Source: a virus
Lineage: Duplodnaviria; Caudoviricetes
Length of the DNA stretch: 64,000 nucleotides
Strand: one strand, 5' to 3'
Virus record (IMG/VR): IMGVR_UViG_3300038443_001692
Coordinates: 20,889 to 84,888 of that record
A program made the position numbers and the translations under genes. The notes below the pieces were generated by a model, which saw only the letters and a program-made list of their open reading frames with translations, searched no databases and was not told where the DNA came from. Below, one piece after another: positions 27,471 through 35,581 of the stretch (within the stretch, counting starts at the first letter, position 1; each line of letters starts with the position of its first letter).

Positions 27471-28235
27471 ATGGACATCCTCGTCATCCCAGATTCCCAG
27501 GTCCGCCCTGGCGACGACCTTGAATTCCTGCGCTGCATCGGCCGCATGATCGTGGCCAAGAAGCCCGACGTCGTGATCCACATCGGTGACTTTGCCGACA
27601 TGCCGTCGCTCTCGTCCTACGACAAGGGCAAGAAGGCCTTCGAGGGTCGCCGCTACCGTGCCGACGTCGAGGCCGCGCACGCTGGCATGGAGGCCCTCCT
27701 TGGGCCTCTGCGCGACTATAACGTGCGGCGCCTGGCCAGCAAGCACGGCATCTATCGGCCGCAGATGGAGCTCCTGTACGGGAATCACGAGGCGCGCATC
27801 TCGCGCGCGATCAACGAGGACCCGATGCTGGAAGGCGCTATCGGACTCGAGGATTTGAAGTTTGCCGAGTACGGCTGGAACGTGCATCCGTTCCTCAAGG
27901 TGCTGGTAATCGAGGGTGTCGCGTTCTGCCACTATTTTCAAACTGGCGTGATGGGGCGGCCGGCGTCGACCGCCCAGGCGCAGCTGAACAAAAAACACAT
28001 GAGTTGCGTGGCCGGCCACCAGCAGGGCCGCCAGATTTTCACCGCGTTCCGTGCCGACGGCCGCCAGATCACGTCGATCATCGCCGGCAGCTGTTACGAG
28101 CACGAAGAGGACTATCTCGGCCCGCAGGGCAATCAGCACTGGCACGGTGTGGTTTGGCTGGGCAACGTCGAAGACGGCTGCTTCGACGAGCGATTCATCC
28201 CGCTCGACGAGATTAAAAAAGACTACGCCGCCTGA
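27471..28235 (+). CDS. Calcineurin-like metallophosphoesterase
   Basis: IPDSQV, HIGDFAD, GNHE, HY and AGH motifs. Confidence 0.85.
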   Translation: MDILVIPDSQVRPGDDLEFLRCIGRMIVAKKPDVVIHIGDFADMPSLSSYDKGKKAFEGRRYRADVEAAHAGMEALLGPLRDYNVRRLASKHGIYRPQMELLYGNHEARISRAINEDPMLEGAIGLEDLKFAEYGWNVHPFLKVLVIEGVAFCHYFQTGVMGRPASTAQAQLNKKHMSCVAGHQQGRQIFTAFRADGRQITSIIAGSCYEHEEDYLGPQGNQHWHGVVWLGNVEDGCFDERFIPLDEIKKDYAA

Positions 28236-28249
28236 GCGTTCAGGCGGCG
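28226..28249. terminator. Hairpin at the convergence of the late and replication operons (possible terminator)
   Basis: CGCCGCCTGA-GCGT-TCAGGCGGCG; U tract 5 nt away on the - strand only. Confidence 0.5.
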
Positions 28250-28272
28250 CCCATGTTCACGTTACGTGAACA

Positions 28273-28485
28273 CTACACGCCCACAGGCAACTTGCCCTGC
28301 TGCTCCAGCCATTCGCGCGCGCGAGCCTCGTGCACATAGCCGACGCCGCCAGACGGCGTCGAGTAGAACTCGCCGCGCGGCCATGTGCCGTCTGCCACCC
28401 GCTTGTGCACCGTGTTCTTGCGCTCGCCGTACTTCGCGCAGTACGCCTCTACTTCGATCCAGCCGTCGAATTCCCGGGCGGTCAT
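28273..28485 (-). CDS. Small excisionase/MerR-like HTH DNA-binding protein
   Basis: WIEVEAYCAKYGERKNTVHKRVADGTW...W pattern. Confidence 0.6.
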   Translation of the reverse strand: MTAREFDGWIEVEAYCAKYGERKNTVHKRVADGTWPRGEFYSTPSGGVGYVHEARAREWLEQQGKLPVGV

Positions 28486-28742
28486 GCCAGGACCTCCTTC
28501 GTCACGCCCATCGAGACGACCGGGTGTGAGCCACCGTCACCACCGAGGCGCACGCCCAGCTGGATGGCGCCGCCAGCATTGAGCGCTTCGAGCTCCTGGC
28601 CGCTGGGCTTCCAGTACGAGCAGGCCCAGGTGCCGTACTCGTCGCGAACGATAACGACCGGCAGCGACTCGCAGCTGCCGTCCTGCATGTCAGCCGGCGC
28701 GCCGAAATTGTGATTGGTTTTGGGATGTCGGACGATGTCCAT
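28482..28742 (-). CDS. Hypothetical protein (86 aa)
   Basis: Coupled ORF with AGGAGA RBS. Confidence 0.7.
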   Translation of the reverse strand: MDIVRHPKTNHNFGAPADMQDGSCESLPVVIVRDEYGTWACSYWKPSGQELEALNAGGAIQLGVRLGGDGGSHPVVSMGVTKEVLA

Positions 28743-28752
28743 ATGTGTCTCC

Positions 28753-30945
28753 TTAAACAGTGATGATGCGGTCAGCGACGGCGTCGACCAGCGGGTTGTG
28801 GCTGATCATGATGATCTGGCCGAAGTCCAGTTTCGACAAGAGGCCCAGCATGCGCGTCTCGCGCGCGTCGGAACACGCAGCGCCTGGCTCGTCCAGGTGG
28901 AGCATATTCGCGCCGGGAAGAAAGGTGCGTGTCAGCGTGATGCGCATGGCCAGGCCCAGCATGTCCTCGGCCGAGCCGGACAGGCCCGAGACCGGGAAGC
29001 CGTTGCATTTGAACATGCCGTCGGCGCGCGTGATCGTCGACGGCGTGTCGCGGATCTCGCTCAGGTGCTTACTCACGCCACCCAGCACGATGTTCCACAG
29101 CTTGTTCGTGATGACCGGCCGCGCCGCGCGCACCTTCTTGATCAGGAGGTTGTAGCGCTGCATGTCGGCCAGCTCGGCCTGCGCGGCTTCCAGCTGGGTC
29201 TTCGTCTGTTCCAACTGGCGCGCAGCTTGCGCGGCAAGGGCTTCCTTCGTCGCAAGGTCGCCCTGCAGGTGCTGCAGGGTGGTCTGCTGCAGCCGCAGCG
29301 CCTGTTCAGCGCTGAGAATGTCCGCACTGAGTCGCTGAGCCCGGTCCAGCGTCTCCAGCGCGTCCTTCAGCTGCAGGCTGTTGCGCTCGACGATGTCGGC
29401 ACCGCGGCGCGCCTTCAGGCGGTCGCGCTGGGCCTTCTTCTCGGTGCGCATAGCGGCGTCCGCCGTCGCGGCGCGCGCCTCGCGCTCCAGCTTCGCCAGC
29501 TCGCTGGCGACGGCTGGCCGTACGTCCGAGATGGCCGGGCCGGTCCACGTCCAGCGGCCCGGGACGACGCTGCGGTCGACCGCGATGAAGTCCGCGGCGC
29601 GCGCATACAGCTGCTCGACCTTGGCGTTGGCGGCGACGACATCCTGCAGATCCTTGAGGTACTGGGTCTGCTGGTCGAGCAGCAACTGCTCGGCCGCCAG
29701 CACCTTCGCCTTCAGTTCGATCTTGCGGGCGAGGTCGGCGAGGGCAGCCTTCGTGCGGTCGCGCTCTTCCGTGATCTGACGTTGCAGATCGCTGTTCGCG
29801 CGCACCACCTCCGGCACATCGGTCAGGTCCTTCTGGCACAGCGCGCAGGTCGTCTCCCGAATCAGCCGGCCCTCCAGCTGAGCTATCAGCACGTCGGAAC
29901 GCCGACGCTCGTCGGCCTCCTCACGGCGCAGCGCCTGCAGGGCCTGGTCGGCCTCCTTGCGGCCCGCCTCCGCGGCGGCGATGTTGAGCTGCGTGCGCCG
30001 GATGTCGGCCTCGAGCGCGGCCAGATCCTCGTCCCACAGCTCCTCGACGTTCGCACGCACCAGCTCGGCGTGCAGCGCGGCCGCGCGGCTGTAGAGCTTC
30101 TCTTCTTCGACGTCGGCGCGCGCCGCCGCAAGTTCACGCTCCGACGGTCCCAGCACGGCCGGCTGCGCCAACGCACGGTCGATCTCGTCGATCTCGAACG
30201 TGGACGTCTCGATCATGCGGTCCAGTTGCACCTTGCGCTGCTCGATCTGCTTCGCCTGCTCTACGTCCAGTTCGGCGCGCGAGGCGCGCAAGGTCGTCAG
30301 CTGCAGTTCGGCGCCCGCCACGACAACCTGAGCCTTGGCGACCTCAACGCGCAGCGGCGCAAGGTCTTCAGGCGGTGTGTCGACGATCTGCGCCTGCAGC
30401 GTCGCGATGCGGCCCTCGACGCCGGCCGTGTTGCCGGTCTGCCGCCGCGCAGCGATGGCGTCGGCCACGCGGTCGATCAGGTCGAAGTTGGCCAGATCCT
30501 CGATCATCTTGCCGGCCGCTGTCGGGCCTGCCTTGAGCGATTCGGCCAGCGACTTCTGGCTGGCGAACATCAGCCTGCCGGCCATGTCAGCCGACGTGCC
30601 GAACAGATCCTCGAAGAATTTCGTCACATCGCGCTGGCCAGTGACCAGCACCTTGCCGCCGGCACTGACCTCGGCGCCGGACTTGCCGCGATAGCCGCGG
30701 TACGTCACGCCCAGGTGCTCGATCTCGCACTCGACGCGCAGCTTGCTGACCGGGTGGTGATAGGTCACGACGTCTTCCAGCGACTCGCGCAGCGCGCCGA
30801 CGCCGAAGCAGAAATAGGTGAACGACTCAAAAATTGTAGTTTTGCCAACTTCGTTCTCCCCGCGGATCGCATTCAACCCTGTGCTGAAGTCGAACTCCCT
30901 GTCGAGGTGTTGCCTGAAAAATTGCAGCCGGAGCTTACGCAGCAT
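28753..30945 (-). CDS. sbcC: SbcC/Rad50-like SMC ATPase
   Basis: Walker A GENEVGKT, coiled coil with a CALC zinc hook, LSGS signature, LDEP Walker B; start at ATG 30945. Confidence 0.9.
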   Translation of the reverse strand: MLRKLRLQFFRQHLDREFDFSTGLNAIRGENEVGKTTIFESFTYFCFGVGALRESLEDVVTYHHPVSKLRVECEIEHLGVTYRGYRGKSGAEVSAGGKVLVTGQRDVTKFFEDLFGTSADMAGRLMFASQKSLAESLKAGPTAAGKMIEDLANFDLIDRVADAIAARRQTGNTAGVEGRIATLQAQIVDTPPEDLAPLRVEVAKAQVVVAGAELQLTTLRASRAELDVEQAKQIEQRKVQLDRMIETSTFEIDEIDRALAQPAVLGPSERELAAARADVEEEKLYSRAAALHAELVRANVEELWDEDLAALEADIRRTQLNIAAAEAGRKEADQALQALRREEADERRRSDVLIAQLEGRLIRETTCALCQKDLTDVPEVVRANSDLQRQITEERDRTKAALADLARKIELKAKVLAAEQLLLDQQTQYLKDLQDVVAANAKVEQLYARAADFIAVDRSVVPGRWTWTGPAISDVRPAVASELAKLEREARAATADAAMRTEKKAQRDRLKARRGADIVERNSLQLKDALETLDRAQRLSADILSAEQALRLQQTTLQHLQGDLATKEALAAQAARQLEQTKTQLEAAQAELADMQRYNLLIKKVRAARPVITNKLWNIVLGGVSKHLSEIRDTPSTITRADGMFKCNGFPVSGLSGSAEDMLGLAMRITLTRTFLPGANMLHLDEPGAACSDARETRMLGLLSKLDFGQIIMISHNPLVDAVADRIITV

Positions 30946-31966
30946 TTTCTTCTCCCATGATTTTGTCAACCTCGGCCGCGTCGTCGGGCCCAAGGTATTC
31001 GCGCAGCGCTTCCATCACGTTGAACGTGGTGACGTCCTCATGCGACAGCTGCAGCGCCTCGCCGTCGACGACGCCTTCGATCTTCACCGCGTTGGTGATG
31101 ACCAGCGCCGCGGCCTCGCGCCGGAAGCGGCCCAGCGCCGATACGACCTTGTCGGCTTCGGCGGCTGTGGCCGTGCCGGTGACGCGGATGAAGCGCCCGA
31201 TGTCTTTGAGATCGCGCCAGTCCTGCTCAGAGAACGTGTCCTCGGCATCCCAGGTCTGGTGGAACTTCAGGCCGTTGGGCGCCAACTCAAGGCGGTATTT
31301 CTGAGCCGGCCCGAGGCAGTCGCTGATGCTGGAGCTGATCTGGTTGCCGACGATCACCACCTTGCCGCCAAGCTCTGTGCGTGCCTGGTGCTCGTGGCCA
31401 AAGATGATGTACTCGACCGGCAGTTGCTCGGCCACCTCCTTCGACAGGTTCAGACTGTGATCCATCTCGACCGCAAACTGGTTGTCGTAGTTCATGTGAA
31501 CGAACAGTGCCCGGCACGGCGGCACCTTGGCGAGCTCAAGGTTTGCCAAATCCTGGTTGGGTACGTGCGGCAGAACGTAGGTGTCGTGCTGATCAAGATA
31601 GGTGCCTTCCGTAATATGCGCTACACGCTCCGGATACAGGCCGCACAGCAGCTGCGCGAAAAACTGGAAAGACGACAGGCGCGTGCTGTTGCGATCGACG
31701 TCATGGTTCCCGTTTGCGAGGAACAAATCGCCGACGCCGCGCTCGATCCACGCGCTGAACATGCGCACAGCTTCCAGCAGGTCCGCACGCGGGATGTCCG
31801 GGCCGTCGAACAGGTCGCCGTTGATCAGCAGATCGCCGTTGATCTGCTCGAGCATTTCGCGCGTGCCGTCGAGCAGGTACTGCCGCAGCTGGTACGCTGT
31901 AGCGGGGGTGGTGCCTGCACTTCGGACGGCGCCGAGATGTAGGTCATTAAGGACGTGAAGGGTCAT
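30935..31966 (-). CDS. sbcD: SbcD/Mre11-like nuclease
   Basis: NDLH, NGDLFD, GNHD and GHEH metallophosphoesterase motifs; adjacent to the SbcC-like gene. Confidence 0.85.
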   Translation of the reverse strand: MTLHVLNDLHLGAVRSAGTTPATAYQLRQYLLDGTREMLEQINGDLLINGDLFDGPDIPRADLLEAVRMFSAWIERGVGDLFLANGNHDVDRNSTRLSSFQFFAQLLCGLYPERVAHITEGTYLDQHDTYVLPHVPNQDLANLELAKVPPCRALFVHMNYDNQFAVEMDHSLNLSKEVAEQLPVEYIIFGHEHQARTELGGKVVIVGNQISSSISDCLGPAQKYRLELAPNGLKFHQTWDAEDTFSEQDWRDLKDIGRFIRVTGTATAAEADKVVSALGRFRREAAALVITNAVKIEGVVDGEALQLSHEDVTTFNVMEALREYLGPDDAAEVDKIMGEENAA

Positions 31967-32465
31967 AGTTATTATTCGGGAAGTTGAGACGAGCGAACTC
32001 GCCATGTAGTTGGATTGCCGCTGCATCATATGCTCGCGCTGCGGCCTCTTCGTCACTGTGGTAGCCGAGATGGTAGTTCTTTCGATTGGCCATAATCTTT
32101 GCGTGCCAGGCACTGCACACCTTGCTCCAGTACACACCCTTGAATCGAGAAGCGCCGACCCGGGAAGTGCTATTTTGGTGGTTCTGAAGGTCGGTCACGA
32201 CTCGCAATTCGCTGCGACGGTTGTCCAGGGTGTCACCAAGCCTGTGGTCCACCTCTTGCTCCGGCGCCGCCTGCATGATCAGACGATGCATCTTCACCTG
32301 CGTGGTCTGGATGCCCAGATGCCCGAACAGCAGCCTGAACTTTTTGCCTTTCGTGCTGGTGACAGCATAGCCGTTACACCAGCACCACTTCAGCTGCGTC
32401 AGCCATTCGTAGTCTTCATCATCCACCAGCGCGACGAATCCCTTCGTGAGGGGAATCTCCTTCAC
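31947..32465 (-). CDS. HNH homing endonuclease with C-terminal AP2 domain
   Basis: KMHRLIM...VDH..GDTLDNRRSELR (HNH); SRFKGVYW...W.AKI...YHLGY...AARAYDAAA...GEFARLNFP (AP2); GTG start after GGAGG. Confidence 0.9.
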   Translation of the reverse strand: MKEIPLTKGFVALVDDEDYEWLTQLKWCWCNGYAVTSTKGKKFRLLFGHLGIQTTQVKMHRLIMQAAPEQEVDHRLGDTLDNRRSELRVVTDLQNHQNSTSRVGASRFKGVYWSKVCSAWHAKIMANRKNYHLGYHSDEEAAARAYDAAAIQLHGEFARLNFPNNNYDPSRP

Positions 32466-32473
32466 AGTGCCTC

Positions 32474-32585
32474 CAAACAAAAGCCCTCCTGACCGTGCTC
32501 TCGACCCGAGGGTCGAGTTGGCGGACGTCGAGTAGACGCAGCACGGTCAGGAGGGCTTACTCAGGTTCGCCGCCAAGCGAACCTG
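32474..32585 (-). ncRNA. Candidate ~110-nt structured RNA (hairpin plus three-way junction, predicted pseudoknot, U tail)
   Basis: 19-bp perfect inverted repeat 32481-32499/32540-32558 enclosing two hairpins; 9-bp hairpin 32562-32585 whose loop is complementary to the junction; upstream promoter candidate. Confidence 0.6.
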
Positions 32586-32586
32586 C

Positions 32587-32616
32587 AGACTACAGCAGGA
32601 AATTACCTGCCGTCAA
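32587..32616 (-). promoter_or_regulatory. Promoter TTGACG-N18-TAGTCT upstream of the structured RNA
   Basis: The -35 overlaps the stop codon of the upstream nuclease gene; the spacer carries the palindrome GCAGG-TAATTT-CCTGC. Confidence 0.55.
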
Positions 32617-33065
32617 GGAAACAACAGCGCCATCACATCCTCGACCTTGGGGTAGGCTGGGAACATCGAGACGTCCCAGGATGCTGCTCGCTCGTAGAAG
32701 TGCGAAGCCGGCACCACCCGCCACTCGCGCACACCGCCACGGCCCTCGGTCAGGTGGCAGATGACGACCCAGCCAGGCGAGCCGGCCAGCGCCCACTTGC
32801 GCATGCGGGCCACCTTGTCGGCCGCGAAGTTCGCCGCCGGCAGCCGCCGGCTGGAGACGGTCGTGATCTTGACCTCCTTCACCTCGACCTTAAAGTTCGT
32901 GCCGCGGTGCGTCACCTCGAAGTCGGACGGCGCCGGCTGGGCCGAGCCCGCCCTGGCATCCGGGTACCGGAGAAACGCCAGCTGCGCATCAGCCTCGCTA
33001 CGTCGGGCAAGCCAGTCACGGACCTGCTTCTCGGCCCACTTGCCACGTTGTCCTACTGTTGCCAT
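32613..33065 (-). CDS. PD-(D/E)XK nuclease, probable Holliday junction resolvase
   Basis: GKWAE...PSDF...VEVKE motif; start at ATG 33065. Confidence 0.7.
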   Translation of the reverse strand: MATVGQRGKWAEKQVRDWLARRSEADAQLAFLRYPDARAGSAQPAPSDFEVTHRGTNFKVEVKEVKITTVSSRRLPAANFAADKVARMRKWALAGSPGWVVICHLTEGRGGVREWRVVPASHFYERAASWDVSMFPAYPKVEDVMALLFP

Positions 33066-33066
33066 G

Positions 33067-33240
33067 TCAGTCTCCTTCCCCGTCGAGCAGCTGGCACGCA
33101 TCCTGCAAGCTGTCCTCGATTGTCTCGAGGGTGATTCGCAGTTTGCTGCCCGGCTCGGCAGCCTCGATGAGCGGCTTGACCTTCTGCAGCGCGCGCTCGA
33201 TTTTTGTGACCGCTGCCTCGATCTTTCTGACGGCGCTCAT
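33067..33240 (-). CDS. Hypothetical 57-aa coiled-coil protein
   Basis: Start overlaps the thyA stop; this is the C-terminal part of track ORF 33067..33801. Confidence 0.6.
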   Translation of the reverse strand: MSAVRKIEAAVTKIERALQKVKPLIEAAEPGSKLRITLETIEDSLQDACQLLDGEGD

Positions 33241-34130
33241 ACGGCCATCGGCGCTTTGATCGCCGCGTGGGATTGGTAGTCGACCAGACGGATGCTGTCG
33301 GGCGTCAGCGCGCGCAGGAGCGACTCCAGCTCCATATCGACCGCGCGCTCTGGCGTGTCCAGCAGCAGCCTCGGCGCCGGCAGCACTTCGCGCGTCAGCT
33401 GCTCCTTCACCTGCTCGATGTGATTCTCGTAGATGTGGGCGTCGGCCAGGAACATCGTCAGCGTGCCGGCCGTGTAGCCGGTCCACGCCGCGAACAGCTC
33501 CAGCAGCAGCGCGTAGCTGGCGATGTTGAAGGGCACGCCGAGGAACATGTCGCAGCTGCGCTGGTACATCGTCATGTGCAGCACGCGGCCGTCGACGTGC
33601 GGCAGCAGCTGGAACAGGACGTGGCAGGGCGGCAGGGCGGCTCGCCCGAGCTTTACGTCGACCGCATTCCAGGCGTTGACGATGATGCGGCGGTTGGTCG
33701 GATCGTAACGCACCAGGTCGAGGGCCTGCGCCAACTGGTCGACCGTGGCGAAGGCCGCGGTATCGTCCAATTCGGTGATGCGCTCCATCTGCTGGCGCCA
33801 CTGCACGCCATAGATGCGCCCCAAGTCGTCCGGACCCTTGCGGTAGGGAGAATTCAGCCAGGCCGGCGTCTCGTTGGCGTTCTGGTCCCAGATAGTACAG
33901 CCCAGCGCGCGAAATTCCGACGCGTTCCGGCAGCCGCGCAGGAAGCCGATCAGCTCGCCCTTGACCTGGTTGAAGGCCAGCTTCTTCGTGGTGATGGCCG
34001 GGAAGCCGTCGCGCAGATCGAACTTGAGCATGGCGCCGGGCAGCGTCAGGGTGTCGATGCCGGTGCGGTTGGACTGGCGGATGCCGCGGACGAGGATCTC
34101 GCGCAGCAGGTTCAGGTAGTTGTCTTCCAT
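33237..34130 (-). CDS. thyA: Thymidylate synthase
   Basis: RTGIDT, LGRIYGVQWR, LPPCH, YQRSCDMFLGVPFNIASY and DAHIYENH motifs. Confidence 0.97.
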   Translation of the reverse strand: MEDNYLNLLREILVRGIRQSNRTGIDTLTLPGAMLKFDLRDGFPAITTKKLAFNQVKGELIGFLRGCRNASEFRALGCTIWDQNANETPAWLNSPYRKGPDDLGRIYGVQWRQQMERITELDDTAAFATVDQLAQALDLVRYDPTNRRIIVNAWNAVDVKLGRAALPPCHVLFQLLPHVDGRVLHMTMYQRSCDMFLGVPFNIASYALLLELFAAWTGYTAGTLTMFLADAHIYENHIEQVKEQLTREVLPAPRLLLDTPERAVDMELESLLRALTPDSIRLVDYQSHAAIKAPMAV

Positions 34131-34131
34131 G

Positions 34132-34341
34132 TCATTTGCTTTCAGATTTGAGGGTGAGAGTGAACGCGTAGCTCGGGTAGATCTGCCCAAGGCCGTGGAT
34201 CTGCTCGGCGCCGACAATCTCATGAGCGGTACGCCCGGTGTGGGTCAGGACGTAGGCACGCAGCGCCTCGTACACCTCAGCGGGCGAGAGCTCGATGCGG
34301 TCCAGTGGCACCGGCTGCGGCTTGCCTTCGATGATCTTCAT
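34132..34341 (-). CDS. Hypothetical protein (69 aa)
   Basis: GGAGG RBS, ATGA overlap with the ligase stop. Confidence 0.6.
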   Translation of the reverse strand: MKIIEGKPQPVPLDRIELSPAEVYEALRAYVLTHTGRTAHEIVGAEQIHGLGQIYPSYAFTLTLKSESK

Positions 34342-35318
34342 GCTGCCTCCACCGGCATGTCGTACTTCTCGCGGCGGCGCACGAAGCGGGCCTGGCGCGG
34401 CGCGTCCTTCACGCCGGTGTCGAGCGAGCAGTATTCGGCCGGCCAGCCGACGATCTGCGTCGGATCGTTGAACCATTCGACGCGCTGCGCGTGGGTCGAG
34501 CTGCCTGGGCCGAGGCGGATCGGCTGGCCAGTCGCCGTGTCGGTCGCGAGGAACGTGCCGATCATGCCCTTGCCGACGAGACCCGCCTTGGCCGTGCTGC
34601 GTTCAGTGCGGCCCAAGGCGTTGGTCGTCGCCTCGTTCTGGTTTTCCATCGCTTCCTCGAAGCCGGTGATGACGCAGTCCTTGACGGACGCCGGCTTGAA
34701 GCGCCAGAAGTCGTTTGCCTTGGGCGTCGCGCGGCCGTGCTTGTGCTTGGCCTTCGGGTCGCGGAAGACGGCGCCTTCGTAGCCCAGCAGGATCGATTCG
34801 TCGATGAAAGCCTGCGCCTGCCCGGCGTCGTTAATGACGACGTAGTCGAGGACGCGCACGTGCGGCAGCCCTTCGGCGCGACACAGCAGCTCCTTATACC
34901 GCTGCTCATAGACCATGCCAGTGTCTGCATGGTCCGGATGCAGCCAGTCGAACAGATTCCAGACGACGTTCGTCGGCAGCACCGTCTCGCCCTTCTTGAT
35001 CTTCGCGCGATTGGTGATGCCGGTCGTTAGCGAGCACAGTGTCTCGTTGCCCTCAGGCCGTAAGGTTGCGGGCAGCTCGCGGTTGGTCAGGTAGCCATCG
35101 ATCGTCAGCTCGCCATCGAACCAGGCGTATTCCGGGCCGCTGAACTTCTCGGCCAGCGCCGTGTTCTTCATGTCTTCCAGCGAGCGGCCGGTGAACTTGC
35201 CCTTGACATGGCAGCCGCGCACGCCGTCGATCTTACGGAAGCCCCAAACGGGGAAGCGCATGCCGGCGAAGTCCGGTTTGACGTCGATGGCGAGTTGGGG
35301 CAGGGTCTGGGTCGTCAT
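34338..35318 (-). CDS. ATP-dependent DNA ligase
   Basis: KIDG adenylation motif, FDGEL, EGAVFR, WRFKP, OB-fold tail. Confidence 0.9.
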   Translation of the reverse strand: MTTQTLPQLAIDVKPDFAGMRFPVWGFRKIDGVRGCHVKGKFTGRSLEDMKNTALAEKFSGPEYAWFDGELTIDGYLTNRELPATLRPEGNETLCSLTTGITNRAKIKKGETVLPTNVVWNLFDWLHPDHADTGMVYEQRYKELLCRAEGLPHVRVLDYVVINDAGQAQAFIDESILLGYEGAVFRDPKAKHKHGRATPKANDFWRFKPASVKDCVITGFEEAMENQNEATTNALGRTERSTAKAGLVGKGMIGTFLATDTATGQPIRLGPGSSTHAQRVEWFNDPTQIVGWPAEYCSLDTGVKDAPRQARFVRRREKYDMPVEAA

Positions 35319-35527
35319 TATTTTTCCTCCGTGATGATGGTGATGTCAGCGTTGAAGTGGGCGGGCAGGGCGCGATGCGAGGTCGGTGGCAGCTGCTCGT
35401 GGTTGTCGTCGATCAGCTTGACGTTCAGGCCGTGGCGGATCTTCAGGTCGCTGGCGATGTAATCGGCCAGCGTGGACTTGCCGTGGCCGGCCAGCCCGGA
35501 AATGGTGATCGTGATCTTACGGTCCAT
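35318..35527 (-). CDS. 69-aa protein with a Walker A motif
   Basis: ITISGLAGHGKST; AAAGG RBS; stop overlaps the ligase start. Confidence 0.6.
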   Translation of the reverse strand: MDRKITITISGLAGHGKSTLADYIASDLKIRHGLNVKLIDDNHEQLPPTSHRALPAHFNADITIITEEK

Positions 35528-35581
35528 GTTGTTGCCTTTCAGGGTTGTTGTGCCCGGCGCGCGGCCGGGCGGGTGGGGTTG

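Noticed and set aside
32474-32585. Pistol ribozyme or ZTP (pfl) riboswitch identity for the structured RNA
   Set aside because: Pistol-like topology, but the AAA linker, the G before and GCG after the pseudoknot strand, and the GU cleavage site are missing. It shares UGGCG/CGCC with ZTP but lacks the GUGG/CCAC-GGGAG core. There is no hammerhead CUGANGA/GAAA core either.
31947-32612. Group I intron carrying the HNH gene
   Set aside because: Flanking genes are intact with their own start and stop codons; no 3' intron half or recognisable P7 core follows the HNH.
35552-35570. Hairpin GCCCGGC/GCCGGGC after the polymerase as a terminator
   Set aside because: No U tract on the coding strand; at most an mRNA-stabilising or pause hairpin.
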